Origin: Laetmonice hystrix
Lineage: Eukaryota
NCBI GenBank assembly: GCA_965235115.1
Contig: OZ249436.1
Coordinates: 31,498,001 to 31,562,000, forward strand
Length of the DNA stretch: 64,000 nt
Direction: 5' to 3'
Made by a program: the position numbers and the translations under genes. Position 1 is the first letter of the stretch, and the number at the start of each line of letters is the position of its first letter. Under the pieces are notes generated by a model. That model saw only the letters and a program-made list of their open reading frames with translations. It searched no databases and was not told the DNA's origin. Positions 13,463 to 23,953 of the stretch are shown in pieces.

Positions 13463-14916
13463 ACAACTTTTCTCTTTCCAGACATTCTCAAAGTAACTGG
13501 GTTACGCCTGATGCCCGTGGACTTAAAAAGAAAAATAGGCCCTCGATCCCCTGCCCTCCCATAATACACTCATCGCCAGGACCCATATGGATTTATCAAA
13601 CCGTGCGGCGTGCAATTATACCGTCAAAAAGCGTGCAATTATCAAAGCATAAAATGCACACGTGCATTAAAACCACCGGTATCTTATCAGGGTCCACGAT
13701 TTTTATGGCTCCGTTAATATTTAGACCACAGCGGGACACGAGTAGGCCTACATGTCGCCATTTTTTTTATTTATGTACAATAGATTCTATGAACCCAACA
13801 ATACATAGATCTAGTGTCGATAGTGGGTATATTGTCATGCTGCTGAAGTCGACAACAGTTCAGTGAAATTCACGTCAGCAAAGTCAACAGCTCCACTGAC
13901 GTCGAATTATAAACGGTTCGGGTGCCAACAAGACGGACGGCCGTCGAGAGCAGTGTCCACCTCCAGTGGCACGTTCATCTCGCTTTTATGGTTGTGTCAA
14001 GCGGCAATGGCCTCTTTTGGGAGCACGTCGGGTGTCCCAAACGTGCTTAGTCAACCCGGATGTGGTTTAAACACACTCATTTTTATCCATTAATAGTTAC
14101 GCTTTCACACATAAACACCCCTGGACAAATACGACCTAGATAGACGCTGGAATTCGCATTCATTCGCAGTCAAACAAGCCATAGGCTCACGCCGATTTAT
14201 TGTAGTCGAAGGAATAGAATGAGTTATCAAAAATATGACACCCAAAAAGGGCGGGTTCCAGGAAGGGGGGGGGCAAGGGTCTGGCTAACCCTCCTGGGAC
14301 CCCCCCCCCCTCCCTCCGAGCAACTTCCTTCGAAGAATCCCTCTCCAAATTCCTACACCCACTCCTGCCCAACGCCCTCCCCTCTTCCTCTTGTAATCGA
14401 AAGACTCCTGGAAATCCGTGTCTAAGTCCCTCGGCCCGTCGATCACGACTCTGGTTGCATCTGTCATCGTAACACATCAATAAAGACCATAATTAACAAC
14501 AGAGGGCGTGATGAACCAGAGATAGGAACGGCCATCCCCGTGGACATGACGTAATCATGCCTGAACACACGCCACGGGACTGGTGGCAAAGTATGGTTTC
14601 GTAATGCGCATGATACAGCCAATCGGGAAAGAGTGCATTTCACTGAGTCAGTGGTTCAGGACTACATGAACAATGCCTCCTCCAGGGTGAAGCAGTTTAA
14701 TTAGCATGAAGCGTCTGATAGGTCTACAAGGAAAAAACTATTTCAAGCGGACCCCCTCCCCCTCCCTCCCCCAAACTTGAGCTCGAGTTCCGCTCCTGGC
14801 TGGTTCCCTGCCTCATTGTGTCTTGATCCACCTATATGCCTACTCCTATGATTTGAATAGTCCCCAAGAGTACCGCTCTAGAGAAAAACGAACCACCCAC
14901 CCCTGGTTACGCCCCT

Positions 14917-15035
14917 GCTAGAGCCAAGTTCGGCTTGTCTTGACCGTATACATATAGGTTTCACACAGCAGTATAGGAACTATAGGCGTGCTAGAGCCAG
15001 GTTCGGCTTGTCCTCACCGTATAGGCTTCACAGCA
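14917..15035 (+). repeat. Left part (about 2 units) of the 66-bp minisatellite split by the LINE insertion
   Basis: Same unit as 19804-21233 (CTAGAGCCAGGTTCGGCTTGTCCTCACCGTATAGGCTTCACACAGCA...). Confidence 0.9.
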
Positions 15036-15278
15036 TGGAACCAAAACGCAAGCACCATTATGTTTGACCTCTTAAAGATCAAATTCAGCAGTGCCAGATT
15101 GAAGAAACTTCTTCTGGACACAGGTGATCAGCACCTCTATGAGGCAACTAAGACCCCACAATGGGGATGCGGCTTCAGCCTCGGTCAGGCGCAGCAGATC
15201 GTGCAGGATCAAGTGCAGGGCAATCTACTTGGGCGTCTACTTGAACGTATCCGTGATGATATCAAGACTGAAGGCTAA
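15036..15278 (+). pseudogene. C-terminal remnant of LINE ORF1 encoding a NADAR (YbiA/DUF1768-like) domain
   Basis: WNQNASTIMFDLLKIKF...LKKLLLDTGDQHLYEAT..QWGCG...QGNLLGRLLERIRDDI matches the NADAR pattern W..IM...L..KF...L..LLL.T....L.E....WG.G...G.N.LG.LL..R; the first residues of the ORF-track protein come from the satellite. Confidence 0.85.
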
Positions 15279-16347
15279 CCAATGGTAAACTGCACTGACA
15301 CTGAAGCCTAACAAACACTTGAACTGGACTGGATTGGACCCCCAACGATTAAGCCTAAACCGCAGGGTTTTTCAAATAAAAATCAATGGGACTTCAGCGT
15401 ATTTCTCTTGTTAAAAGTCAAACATTTCGTACAGTAACCTTACAAACATTGAACACTTTTTTCAACGTAATGAATTGAATTTATATACAGCTCTTCTCCT
15501 CAACATGTTATCTCAATAACATGTCACAACATTATTACCATTATGTCAACCAGCTGTGTGCGGGCTGCATGTGCTGCGAGCCGCAAGGTCACGGTATGTG
15601 GTGTTCCATGGCCAGAAGGGTCAGGTGAGGTGAAAGAGGTGCACACTCGGTACTTGAAAGTTTGTTTGCTGATCTAAGGGTGGTAGTGTGCGCCGGCGAA
15701 AATTTACCGTGTATGATACGGACTGAGATTGTGTGTGTGGGGTGTGGGGTGTGGGGCTGCTGTTCCTGGATATGTCCCAGTTGGAGGTGTCTTCAAAATT
15801 AATGGAGGTTGTAAGCAATAGTTTATGCTTTCTATAGCTTTGCAGCCGTTGGCATGCCATACATTTAGGGGGCGCTCACCTCAACTGTGGTGGTGAACGC
15901 GGATTAGTATCCATGTATAGGTAATAGGTGTTTCTTTTCTTTTGACTTCAATCACCGTGATGTAATGACCTTCTATGGAATAGTTCCAATGTAACAAGTA
16001 TTAATATAATTACTAATATATATATCAGCCACGGTGTCTGATCCTCCGACGTGTTGGTCAAACTTCCATATTATACTGACTGGAAGACCGTCAGACATTT
16101 GTTAACAATATGAACACATGTATATGCATCAAGAGGGAAAACTCGCGTTATACTGCTATCTTAATGTATAAACTTACCTTCCTATATTGTCAATGCCTGT
16201 TAAAACGATACTGTATCTACATATGCTATTGTACATGTACATTTTGTATTGTGAATCTGCTCTGGGCTAACGTGTCTAGAACGATCATTGATGTTCCGTC
16301 CGTCCTAACAAGGCAAGCTATTTGGAACTTTTTAACACTAAATCGCT

Positions 16348-19300
16348 ATGTTTGAATATAGCCAGGACATTGACCTACAGGAACTGCTAGAGTCTGAAAA
16401 TAATTCGGACTCCCCACTGTCCTTGATAAACTTGCAGTGTGAATACACAGAGATGGGAAATAATGCAAATTTCTTAAACAATGCAAATAACATGACTTAC
16501 ATGCATTTGAATATTCGTAGTTTGCCAGCTAAGTTTGATAGACTCAAAATGTTGATCAATAGTCTTGATGAAAGGGACTCCAGCCCAGATTGTATACTTT
16601 TGTGTGAGACATGGCTTAACAAGTTGAATTATAACTTGTTTCAAATATCAGGATATAATTTTGTTGATCATCACCGTGTTCAATCAAAGGGCGGTGGAGT
16701 AGCCATCTATATTAAAGATGGGATAAACTTTAAAATGCGTGATGACCTAATGGTCTTTGAAGAAGGTTCGTTTGAGTCCATCTTTATCGAAATTGTGAAC
16801 GGTAAGAAGAGTACAATTATTGGTGAAATGTATAGAGTTCCTGGCACAAATGAAAAGCATTTTCTTAATATTTATGAGGGTATCTTAAAGGAGTTTCAAA
16901 AAGAAAACAAAGGTATTGTCATTGGGACAGACCAAAATATTAATCTTCTAAATTCCCAAATTCATTCAAATACTGCCGCACTTATTGACCTTAATTTTGC
17001 GTATGGATTCATACCAACTATAACTAAACCTACCCGAATTACTCATAATACTGCTACTTTGATTGATAATATATATATATCATCAAAAAAGCCCCCAAAA
17101 ATTATCTCTAAAATCTTATTATCTGATATCTCAGACCATTTCCCAATTCTAGTTTATGAACTTAGCCAAAATAAGCCTACAAGATTGCCGCTCAAATTCA
17201 AAACTAGGGATACAAATAGCATCACACTAAATAAAATTAGATCTTACTTGAGACTCATCGACTGGAGTATTTTGGAAACCATGACGGTACACGAATCATT
17301 TGAATTACTAAATAGTATTATCCTAGAAGCTCTTGATCTGTTTGCACCTGAGAGAGAAGACTTAGTAACAATCCCGGCTAAACATATAATTAAGGAAAAA
17401 TGGATGACAAAAGGACTTTGTAAATCTTCATCTACTAACCATAAATTATATGTAAGAAGTTTAGGCAAACCTAAACATGATCCCATATACCTTAGGTATG
17501 TCGCTTACCGAAATCTATTTAATAAACTCAAGAGAAGGGCCAAGCAATCGTTTTATTCCAAGCAGCTAAACCTATTTAAAAATGATATTTCCAAAACATG
17601 GCGAATAATAAAAACCCTAACTGGCAAAGTAAACGACAAAACTTCACTTCCAGATGAATTTACACATGCAGGTATCAATCTAAATGACGCAAAACAGATC
17701 AGTAATGGTTTCTGTAACTATTTTACAAATGTAGGAAACAATTGTTCAAACAAAATTCTTTCATCTAGATATAATTACCAGCACTACTTAAAAACTAGTT
17801 ATGCAAATTCTATGTTCTTATCGCCAACTGATCCTGAAGAGGTAAAAAAAATCATTAATGAAATCAAGCCAAAAGCAAGCGCTGGCTGGGACAATATAGA
17901 TACCAAGTTACTTAAGAGTTTATCAATAGAAATTTCCGCACCCCTGTCAAATATCATCAATAAATCATTCGATCAGGGAGTAGTCCCCGATTGCTTAAAA
18001 GTAGCCAAAATAATACCTATATATAAATCTAAGGATAACCAACTCTTTTCTAACTATAGGCCCATATCATTACTCCCATCAATCTCTAAAGTCCTTGAAA
18101 AGGTTATGCATCATAAAGTTTATAATTTTCTAACTTCTCAAAATATCCTATTTGAAAGCCAATATGGTTTCCGAAAAAAACATTCAACTAATCAAGCTAT
18201 AATCGAACTTATTACAAAAATATATCAAGCCTTTGATAATAATAATTACACTGCTGCCGTTTTTTTAGATCTGTCAAAAGCTTTTGATACCATAGATCAC
18301 ACGATCCTGGTAAATAAATTAAAACACTACGGTATTAGAGGTAAACCTCTACAATGGTTTACAAGTTATTTAACTGGGAGGAAGCAGTTTGTGGACTATA
18401 AAGGCACAAGGTCCGATGTCCTAGACATAACATGTGGTGTCCCACAAGGCTCTGTTCTGGGACCCTTGTTATTCATTTTGTATACAAATGACTTACCTGC
18501 ATGCCTTAAATATTCTAGTGGAATTCTGTTCGCTGATGATACCAGCGTCAATTACACAAATAAGAACCTGCAAACTTTATTAGAAAATATTAATAGCGAT
18601 ATGGCTGTCCTAGATGACTGGTTTAAGGCAAATAGATTATCCCTAAATGTCTCGAAATCAAATTATATCATTTTTAGACCCACTTATAAAGTACTTCCGG
18701 ATCTTGAATTAGATATACAAATTGGACCAGATAAGATCGAACGTCAATCCACTGTTAAATTCCTTGGAATGTTTATTGACGAAAATTTAAAATGGTCTGA
18801 CCAGGTCAAGCACATTACACAAAAAATGGCCAAATCACTATATGTAATAAACTCTCTGAAAAATATTTTGCCCAAAAAGGAACTTAAAACCTTATATTAT
18901 ACAATAATTTACCCATATCTAACTAACGGAATAGAATTATGGGGGTCGACTCAGAAAGGTGTCCTAAACAAAATTATCACTATGCAGAAAAAGGTTGTAC
19001 GTTGTATAGGACGGGTGAAATATAATGACAGTACTATTCCCATTTTCAGAAAATTGCACTTCCTCCAGGTCAAGGATATCTATGAACTTCATATTCTCAA
19101 ATTTATGTATGCATATATCCATAATGATGTACCCTCGCCTATCACTAGAATGTTTACTAGAAATTTTGAGTTTCATAACTACGACACTAGACAAAACACT
19201 GATCCACGTATTCAGAAGAGACATACTATGATGGGCGCAAAGAGCATTGTTCACCGAGGCCCATTATTATGGTCTAGATTACCTCCTGACTTAAAAAACA

Positions 19301-19359
19301 AACCCTCTAAAAAGTCATTTGTAAAGAGTTATAAAAAGCATGTACTAAATAATTATTGA
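16348..19359 (+). CDS. LINE ORF2: apurinic-type endonuclease + reverse transcriptase (1003 aa, uninterrupted)
   Basis: APE motifs HLNIRSL, LCETWL, TxIDNIY, SDHFPI; RT motifs NYRPISLL, QYGFR, FLDLSKAFD, GVPQGSVLGPLLF, FADDT, KFLG; C-terminal HNYDTRQ..LWSRLP. Confidence 0.96.
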   Translation: MFEYSQDIDLQELLESENNSDSPLSLINLQCEYTEMGNNANFLNNANNMTYMHLNIRSLPAKFDRLKMLINSLDERDSSPDCILLCETWLNKLNYNLFQISGYNFVDHHRVQSKGGGVAIYIKDGINFKMRDDLMVFEEGSFESIFIEIVNGKKSTIIGEMYRVPGTNEKHFLNIYEGILKEFQKENKGIVIGTDQNINLLNSQIHSNTAALIDLNFAYGFIPTITKPTRITHNTATLIDNIYISSKKPPKIISKILLSDISDHFPILVYELSQNKPTRLPLKFKTRDTNSITLNKIRSYLRLIDWSILETMTVHESFELLNSIILEALDLFAPEREDLVTIPAKHIIKEKWMTKGLCKSSSTNHKLYVRSLGKPKHDPIYLRYVAYRNLFNKLKRRAKQSFYSKQLNLFKNDISKTWRIIKTLTGKVNDKTSLPDEFTHAGINLNDAKQISNGFCNYFTNVGNNCSNKILSSRYNYQHYLKTSYANSMFLSPTDPEEVKKIINEIKPKASAGWDNIDTKLLKSLSIEISAPLSNIINKSFDQGVVPDCLKVAKIIPIYKSKDNQLFSNYRPISLLPSISKVLEKVMHHKVYNFLTSQNILFESQYGFRKKHSTNQAIIELITKIYQAFDNNNYTAAVFLDLSKAFDTIDHTILVNKLKHYGIRGKPLQWFTSYLTGRKQFVDYKGTRSDVLDITCGVPQGSVLGPLLFILYTNDLPACLKYSSGILFADDTSVNYTNKNLQTLLENINSDMAVLDDWFKANRLSLNVSKSNYIIFRPTYKVLPDLELDIQIGPDKIERQSTVKFLGMFIDENLKWSDQVKHITQKMAKSLYVINSLKNILPKKELKTLYYTIIYPYLTNGIELWGSTQKGVLNKIITMQKKVVRCIGRVKYNDSTIPIFRKLHFLQVKDIYELHILKFMYAYIHNDVPSPITRMFTRNFEFHNYDTRQNTDPRIQKRHTMMGAKSIVHRGPLLWSRLPPDLKNKPSKKSFVKSYKKHVLNNY

Positions 19360-19803
19360 TTCTTTTTGGTTTAACTTAATATAATTGAGTTATCTATGTG
19401 TATAAGCAGTATTCTAAACGATTTTCCCCTATCTATTGTATCAAATGAATGTAACCGTCCGCTTATAAATCCTATCTAGTTGTATCGGCAAATTAGTTAG
19501 CCTAAGGCAACATCCGCCCAGGTACTGAATTAATCAAAATAGACTCTCATTTGTTACTTCTTAGAATTGTGTACCTGGATTTACAGTCTATATTGACTCA
19601 GGGTGTTTTGCCTTGACCCACCCAGAGCTATTTTTTGTCACTGTATTATTTATGATTCCTGAGTCACTGGGACTCACTTATATCACTGCATATTACTTCG
19701 CCACATGAGTGTATTTACCACAGTACTCAAGGTTTCTTTTTGCGAAAATACCTTCCTGTAACTCTCCTTGGGTCTAAAATAAACATACATACATACATAC
19801 ATA

Positions 19804-21233
19804 CACAGCAGTATAGGAACTATAGGCGTGCTAGAGCCAGGTTCGGCTTGTCCTCACCGTATAGACTATAGGCTTCACACAGCATATAGCAACTATAGGC
19901 GTGCTAGAGCCAGGTTCGGCTTGTCCTCACCGTGTATAGGCTTCACACAGCATATAGCAACTATAGGCGTGCTAGAGCCAGGTTCGGCTTGTCCTCACCG
20001 TAGGCTTCACACAGCAGTATAGGAACTATAGGCGTGCTAGAGCCAAGTTCGGCTTGTCCTCACCGTATAGGCTTCACACAGCATATAGCAACTATAGGCG
20101 TGCTAGAGCCAGGTTCGGCTTGTCCTCACCGTATAGGCTTCACACAGCATATAGCAACTATAGGCGTGCTAGAGCCAAGTTCGGCTTGTCCTCACCGTAT
20201 AGGCTTCACACAGCATATAGCAACTATAGGCGTGCTAGAGCCAGGTTCGGCTTGTCCTCACCGTATGGCTTCACACAACAGTATAGGAACTATAGGCGTG
20301 CTAGAGACAAGTTCGGCTTGTCCTCACCGTATGGCTTCACACAACAGTATAGGAACTATAGGCGTGCTAGAGCCAAGTTCGGCTTGTCCTCACCGTATGG
20401 CTTCACACAGCAGTATAGGAACTATAGGCGTGCTAGAGCCAAGTTCGGCTTGTCCTCACCGTAGGCTTCACACAACAGTATAGGAACTATAGGCGTGCTA
20501 GAGCCAGGTTCGGCTTGTCCTCACCGTATGGCTTCACACAACAGTATAGGAACTATAGGCGTGCTAGAGCCAAGTTCGGCTTGTCCTCACCGTAGGCTTC
20601 ACACAGCAGTATAGGAACTATAGGCGTGCTAGAGCCAGGTTCGGCTTGTCCTCACCGTATAGGCTTCACACAGCATATAGCAACTATAGGCGTGCTAGAG
20701 CCAGGTTCGGCTTGTCCTCACCGTATGGCTTCACACAACAGTATAGGAACTATAGGCGTGCTAGAGACAAGTTCGGCTTGTCCTCACCGTATGGCTTCAC
20801 ACAACAGTATAGGAACTATAGGCGTGCTAGAGCCAAGTTCGGCTTGTCCTCACCGTATGGCTTCACACAACAGTATAGGAACTATAAGCGTGCTAGAGAC
20901 AAGTTCGGCTTGTCCTCACCGTATAGGCTTCACACAGCATATAGCAACTATAGGCGTGCTAGAGCCAGGTTCGGCTTGTCCTCACCGTAGGCCCTATATA
21001 GGCTTCACACAGCATATAGCAAATATAGGCGTGCTAGAGCCAGGTTCGGCTTGTCCTCACCGTAGGCCCTATATAGGCTTCACACAGCATATAGCAACTA
21101 TAGGCGTGCTAGAGCCAGGTTCGGCTTGTCCTCACCGTATATAGGCTTCACACAGCATATAGCAACTATAGGCGTGCTAGAGCCAGGTTCGGCTTGTCCT
21201 CACCGTAGGCTTCACACAGCAGTATAGGAACTA
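19804..21233 (+). repeat. 66-bp minisatellite, about 21-22 units with two interleaved variants
   Basis: Unit CTATAGGCGTGCTAGAGCCAGGTTCGGCTTGTCCTCACCGTATAGGCTTCACACAGCATATAGCAA; period 66 (e.g. 20041 to 20107); 22-aa repeats in the ORF track. Confidence 0.97.
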
Positions 21234-22236
21234 GGCATTTCGTACTGCATGGCCACTACAAATCACCGAATCGACAAGAACAGGTTATGAGTTTGTAATT
21301 TTAAAGTTGACAATAGACATTCTGAACTTAGGAAGAAAGGTCGTTTTGATTTTATACGAACCTGGAGAGGATGTAAATAATACTTCTAAGCATTCTGTGT
21401 ATTCCTATGACATTCTGCCAGGAATAATCTGAACAGAAATACTAGCAGACAATCCCGAAATGAGGTGAAGTTGCCAATATACGAGGATACAATAACTGTA
21501 AATGTCAGGAAGTCGTCAACACACTGCCATCTAAGCTCTTTGACATTTTAATCACATTTAATCTACTACCGGTATCCTGATGAAAGGATGCATTTTTGAG
21601 CGATTATATTACTAGTATAACCAATATAAAACACTGTTTTATTCTTGTTTTAAATTTAGGCATATTAAGCATAATCAAGCTGTCGATAATAGGCCTATGT
21701 CTAAACTTCAGACTTGCACAGGCATAGTGCTGAGTTGAAACAGTTCTCCGAAAAAATGGTTAATACCAGACCAGCTAGTACAATCCTTCCAGCAAATCAT
21801 TCTAAATCAAAATTAAATATCGTCTCCATCTTGTCATGCTAATAAAGCAGGTCATACCCCCACCCTGCAGTAGTCATGCATTATAATACTAACTGACTAC
21901 TGAAGATTGGCACGTTATGGTTTTTTTCTTTGTGAGGCATTCTTTAGTTAAATGAAAAACATTTGGGTGAAACCGTTGTCTTGGCGGAGAAATGGTATAA
22001 CTTCCAACGGGGTCACTTCGGGTCACACACCCCTCTACAATGCTACTGAATTTCGGTATACACCGAAATTCACTTTGGGGGTACTTTGGGGGTACCTGTG
22101 GCTTGATTGCAGGCCAAGCAACGCTATTTTCAGAGTAGGAATATTTATTTCGGAGTTCTTTACACTATCATATAAAAAAAAGTCAGTCGAAAAATTGTGC
22201 CCCTTTAATATACACGTGTCATTTAGACTTTGATTT

Positions 22237-22391
22237 GATCGGTGGTTATTTAGGAGCATTATAGTTCCTCCCGTCAATGATCGGTCATTCAGGAGCATTA
22301 CAGTTCCTCCCGTCAATGATCGGTCATTCAGGAGCATTACAATTCCCCCCGTCAATGATTGGTTATAAATTTAGGAGCATTACAGTTCCCC
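22237..22391. repeat. 39-bp tandem repeat, about 4 units
   Basis: GATCGGTCATTCAGGAGCATTACAGTTCCTCCCGTCAAT repeated. Confidence 0.9.
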
Positions 22392-22476
22392 GCGATGCAA
22401 GTAGGCATAAATGTTTGAGGCATTATTAAAACAAAACCCACTGTGACTTGCCCCTAGTTTTTGCTGAGATGATTAT

Positions 22477-22747
22477 CAGTGGCGGATCCAGGATTTCAGA
22501 AAAGAGGGGCCCAACTTTTGTTGGATAATAAGTGGCCGATTTTCGGGGGGTCTGGGGGCCCTCCCCCAGAATTTTTTGTTCAGGAACGTCAGAAACATGT
22601 TTTCTGAACATGTAGGGTAGAAATTTCTCACAAATTCTTGAACGAAATTCCATTATTTTTAAGCATAAAACATCAAAAATAGCCATGGTTTTGTAAAATA
22701 GGGGGCGCCCGGGCCGGGTGCCCCCCCCCCCCCTGGATCCGCCACTG
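22477..22747. mobile_element. hAT-like MITE with 5-bp TSD
   Basis: TIR CAGTGGCGGATCCAGG / CCTGGATCCGCCACTG; TSD ATTAT at 22472-22476 and 22748-22752. Confidence 0.85.
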
Positions 22748-23024
22748 ATTATTCCCAAAGAAAATCGCGCTGTCAGCAAGGTCTCGGCGAAGAATTCAAC
22801 AAAGATCCTAATGAGAACATTATGAAACACTCCAGGCGCCACATATAATGGGTAAATGGAACTAAAGAGCTGCAACAGCGACATCTAGCGTTGAGTACCA
22901 CTCCTTACTGTAGTGTAGAGCCCAGACCCCAGAGTGTGAAAGTTAAATCCACCAAAGCCACCACTGACAAAATAGTAATTAGTTAGCCCCGATGTTTCCC
23001 AAAACTGGACACGAGCAGACACCG

Positions 23025-23191
23025 GGCCCCAGTTTCAAGAAAGTGGTTAAGTTAACTAAGTTGGTTAAGATGAATTTGACCCAAAGATTAACCAATCAGG
23101 AAACAGAAAATTAACCAATCTTGGTTAAAGTTAGAGTTAACCACGATTTAACCAACTTAGTTAACTTAACTACTTTCTTGAAACTGGTGCC
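23025..23191. mobile_element. Palindromic MITE (Harbinger-like termini)
   Basis: About 45-bp inverted arms GGCCCCAGTTTCAAGAAAGTGGTTAAGTTAACTAAGTTGGTTAA / TTAACCAACTTAGTTAACTTAACTACTTTCTTGAAACTGGTGCC. Confidence 0.8.
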
Positions 23192-23953
23192 TGATGATTT
23201 AAAAGAAGTTTACGGGGTAGATCTATAGGTTAGCTTATTATAAATTATCTGGAGAAAATTTAACATAGGCAAAGGCCTATAGAATGGTTTACCCATATAA
23301 TTACATAAAATCACGCCACGACGCACCTATCCCAGGTTATAAATTGGCTGTATCATTATGGTTGGTACAGTAGACCAGATAATGATATGGAGGATTTATT
23401 TAGCTGACTCGACTCAGGCCTCACGAAAACATAGGCCGATCTGGATCACGTTTTAACACATTGGCTGTCACAGTTCTTGTTCATAAATTTTACAAGAACA
23501 TTATTAGCCCTAAGTGACAGTAAAAATTTAAATCATCCCGCTAACACGCGTCACGCAGAAATCGGTCAAATTAAGCGGTAAATCTCGAGCCGACTGCCTA
23601 ATTTATATTCTATTCGACATGCAAACGACATTCTTTTCTATTTTATGAGCGTGTTAATTCTGGCTTGATAGAATTGTATCTTCTGGAAGCTTAAACATGA
23701 AGAAGAAGATCAGCCTAATGACGGCAATACGTTAAAGCAGCAAGAGGATCGTCCTCTGAACGTCTGGTCTAAAATTCTGGTCACTAGCGCCTCCATGTGG
23801 CAATTTGTGGAACTATTGGATTGTCTCAGTTCGGAGGACTATTTTAGGTGCTATCATAGACTATGGTGGTCGCAGACAACAAGCAGTCATTGCCGCCAGG
23901 GGGCGTTCGGCACGGGCATGTAGGTACACACTGGTCGTTACCAGTCTACTTTA

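Larger units (their letters stand above)
15036..19803 (+). mobile_element. 5'-truncated non-LTR retrotransposon (CR1/L2 group, Crack/Daphne-like): ORF1 3' remnant, spacer, ORF2, 3' UTR, (CATA)5 tail
   Basis: Bounded on both sides by the same minisatellite; 3' end AATAAA (19778-19783) followed by (CATA)5 (19784-19803); possible 7-bp TSD CACAGCA (15029-15035 / 19804-19810); intact APE-RT ORF. Confidence 0.92.

Noticed and set aside
19804..21233. CRISPR-like array or repeat-protein ORFs next to an RT
   Set aside because: No unique spacers, only near-identical tandem units; eukaryotic context; the ORFs result from a 66-bp period
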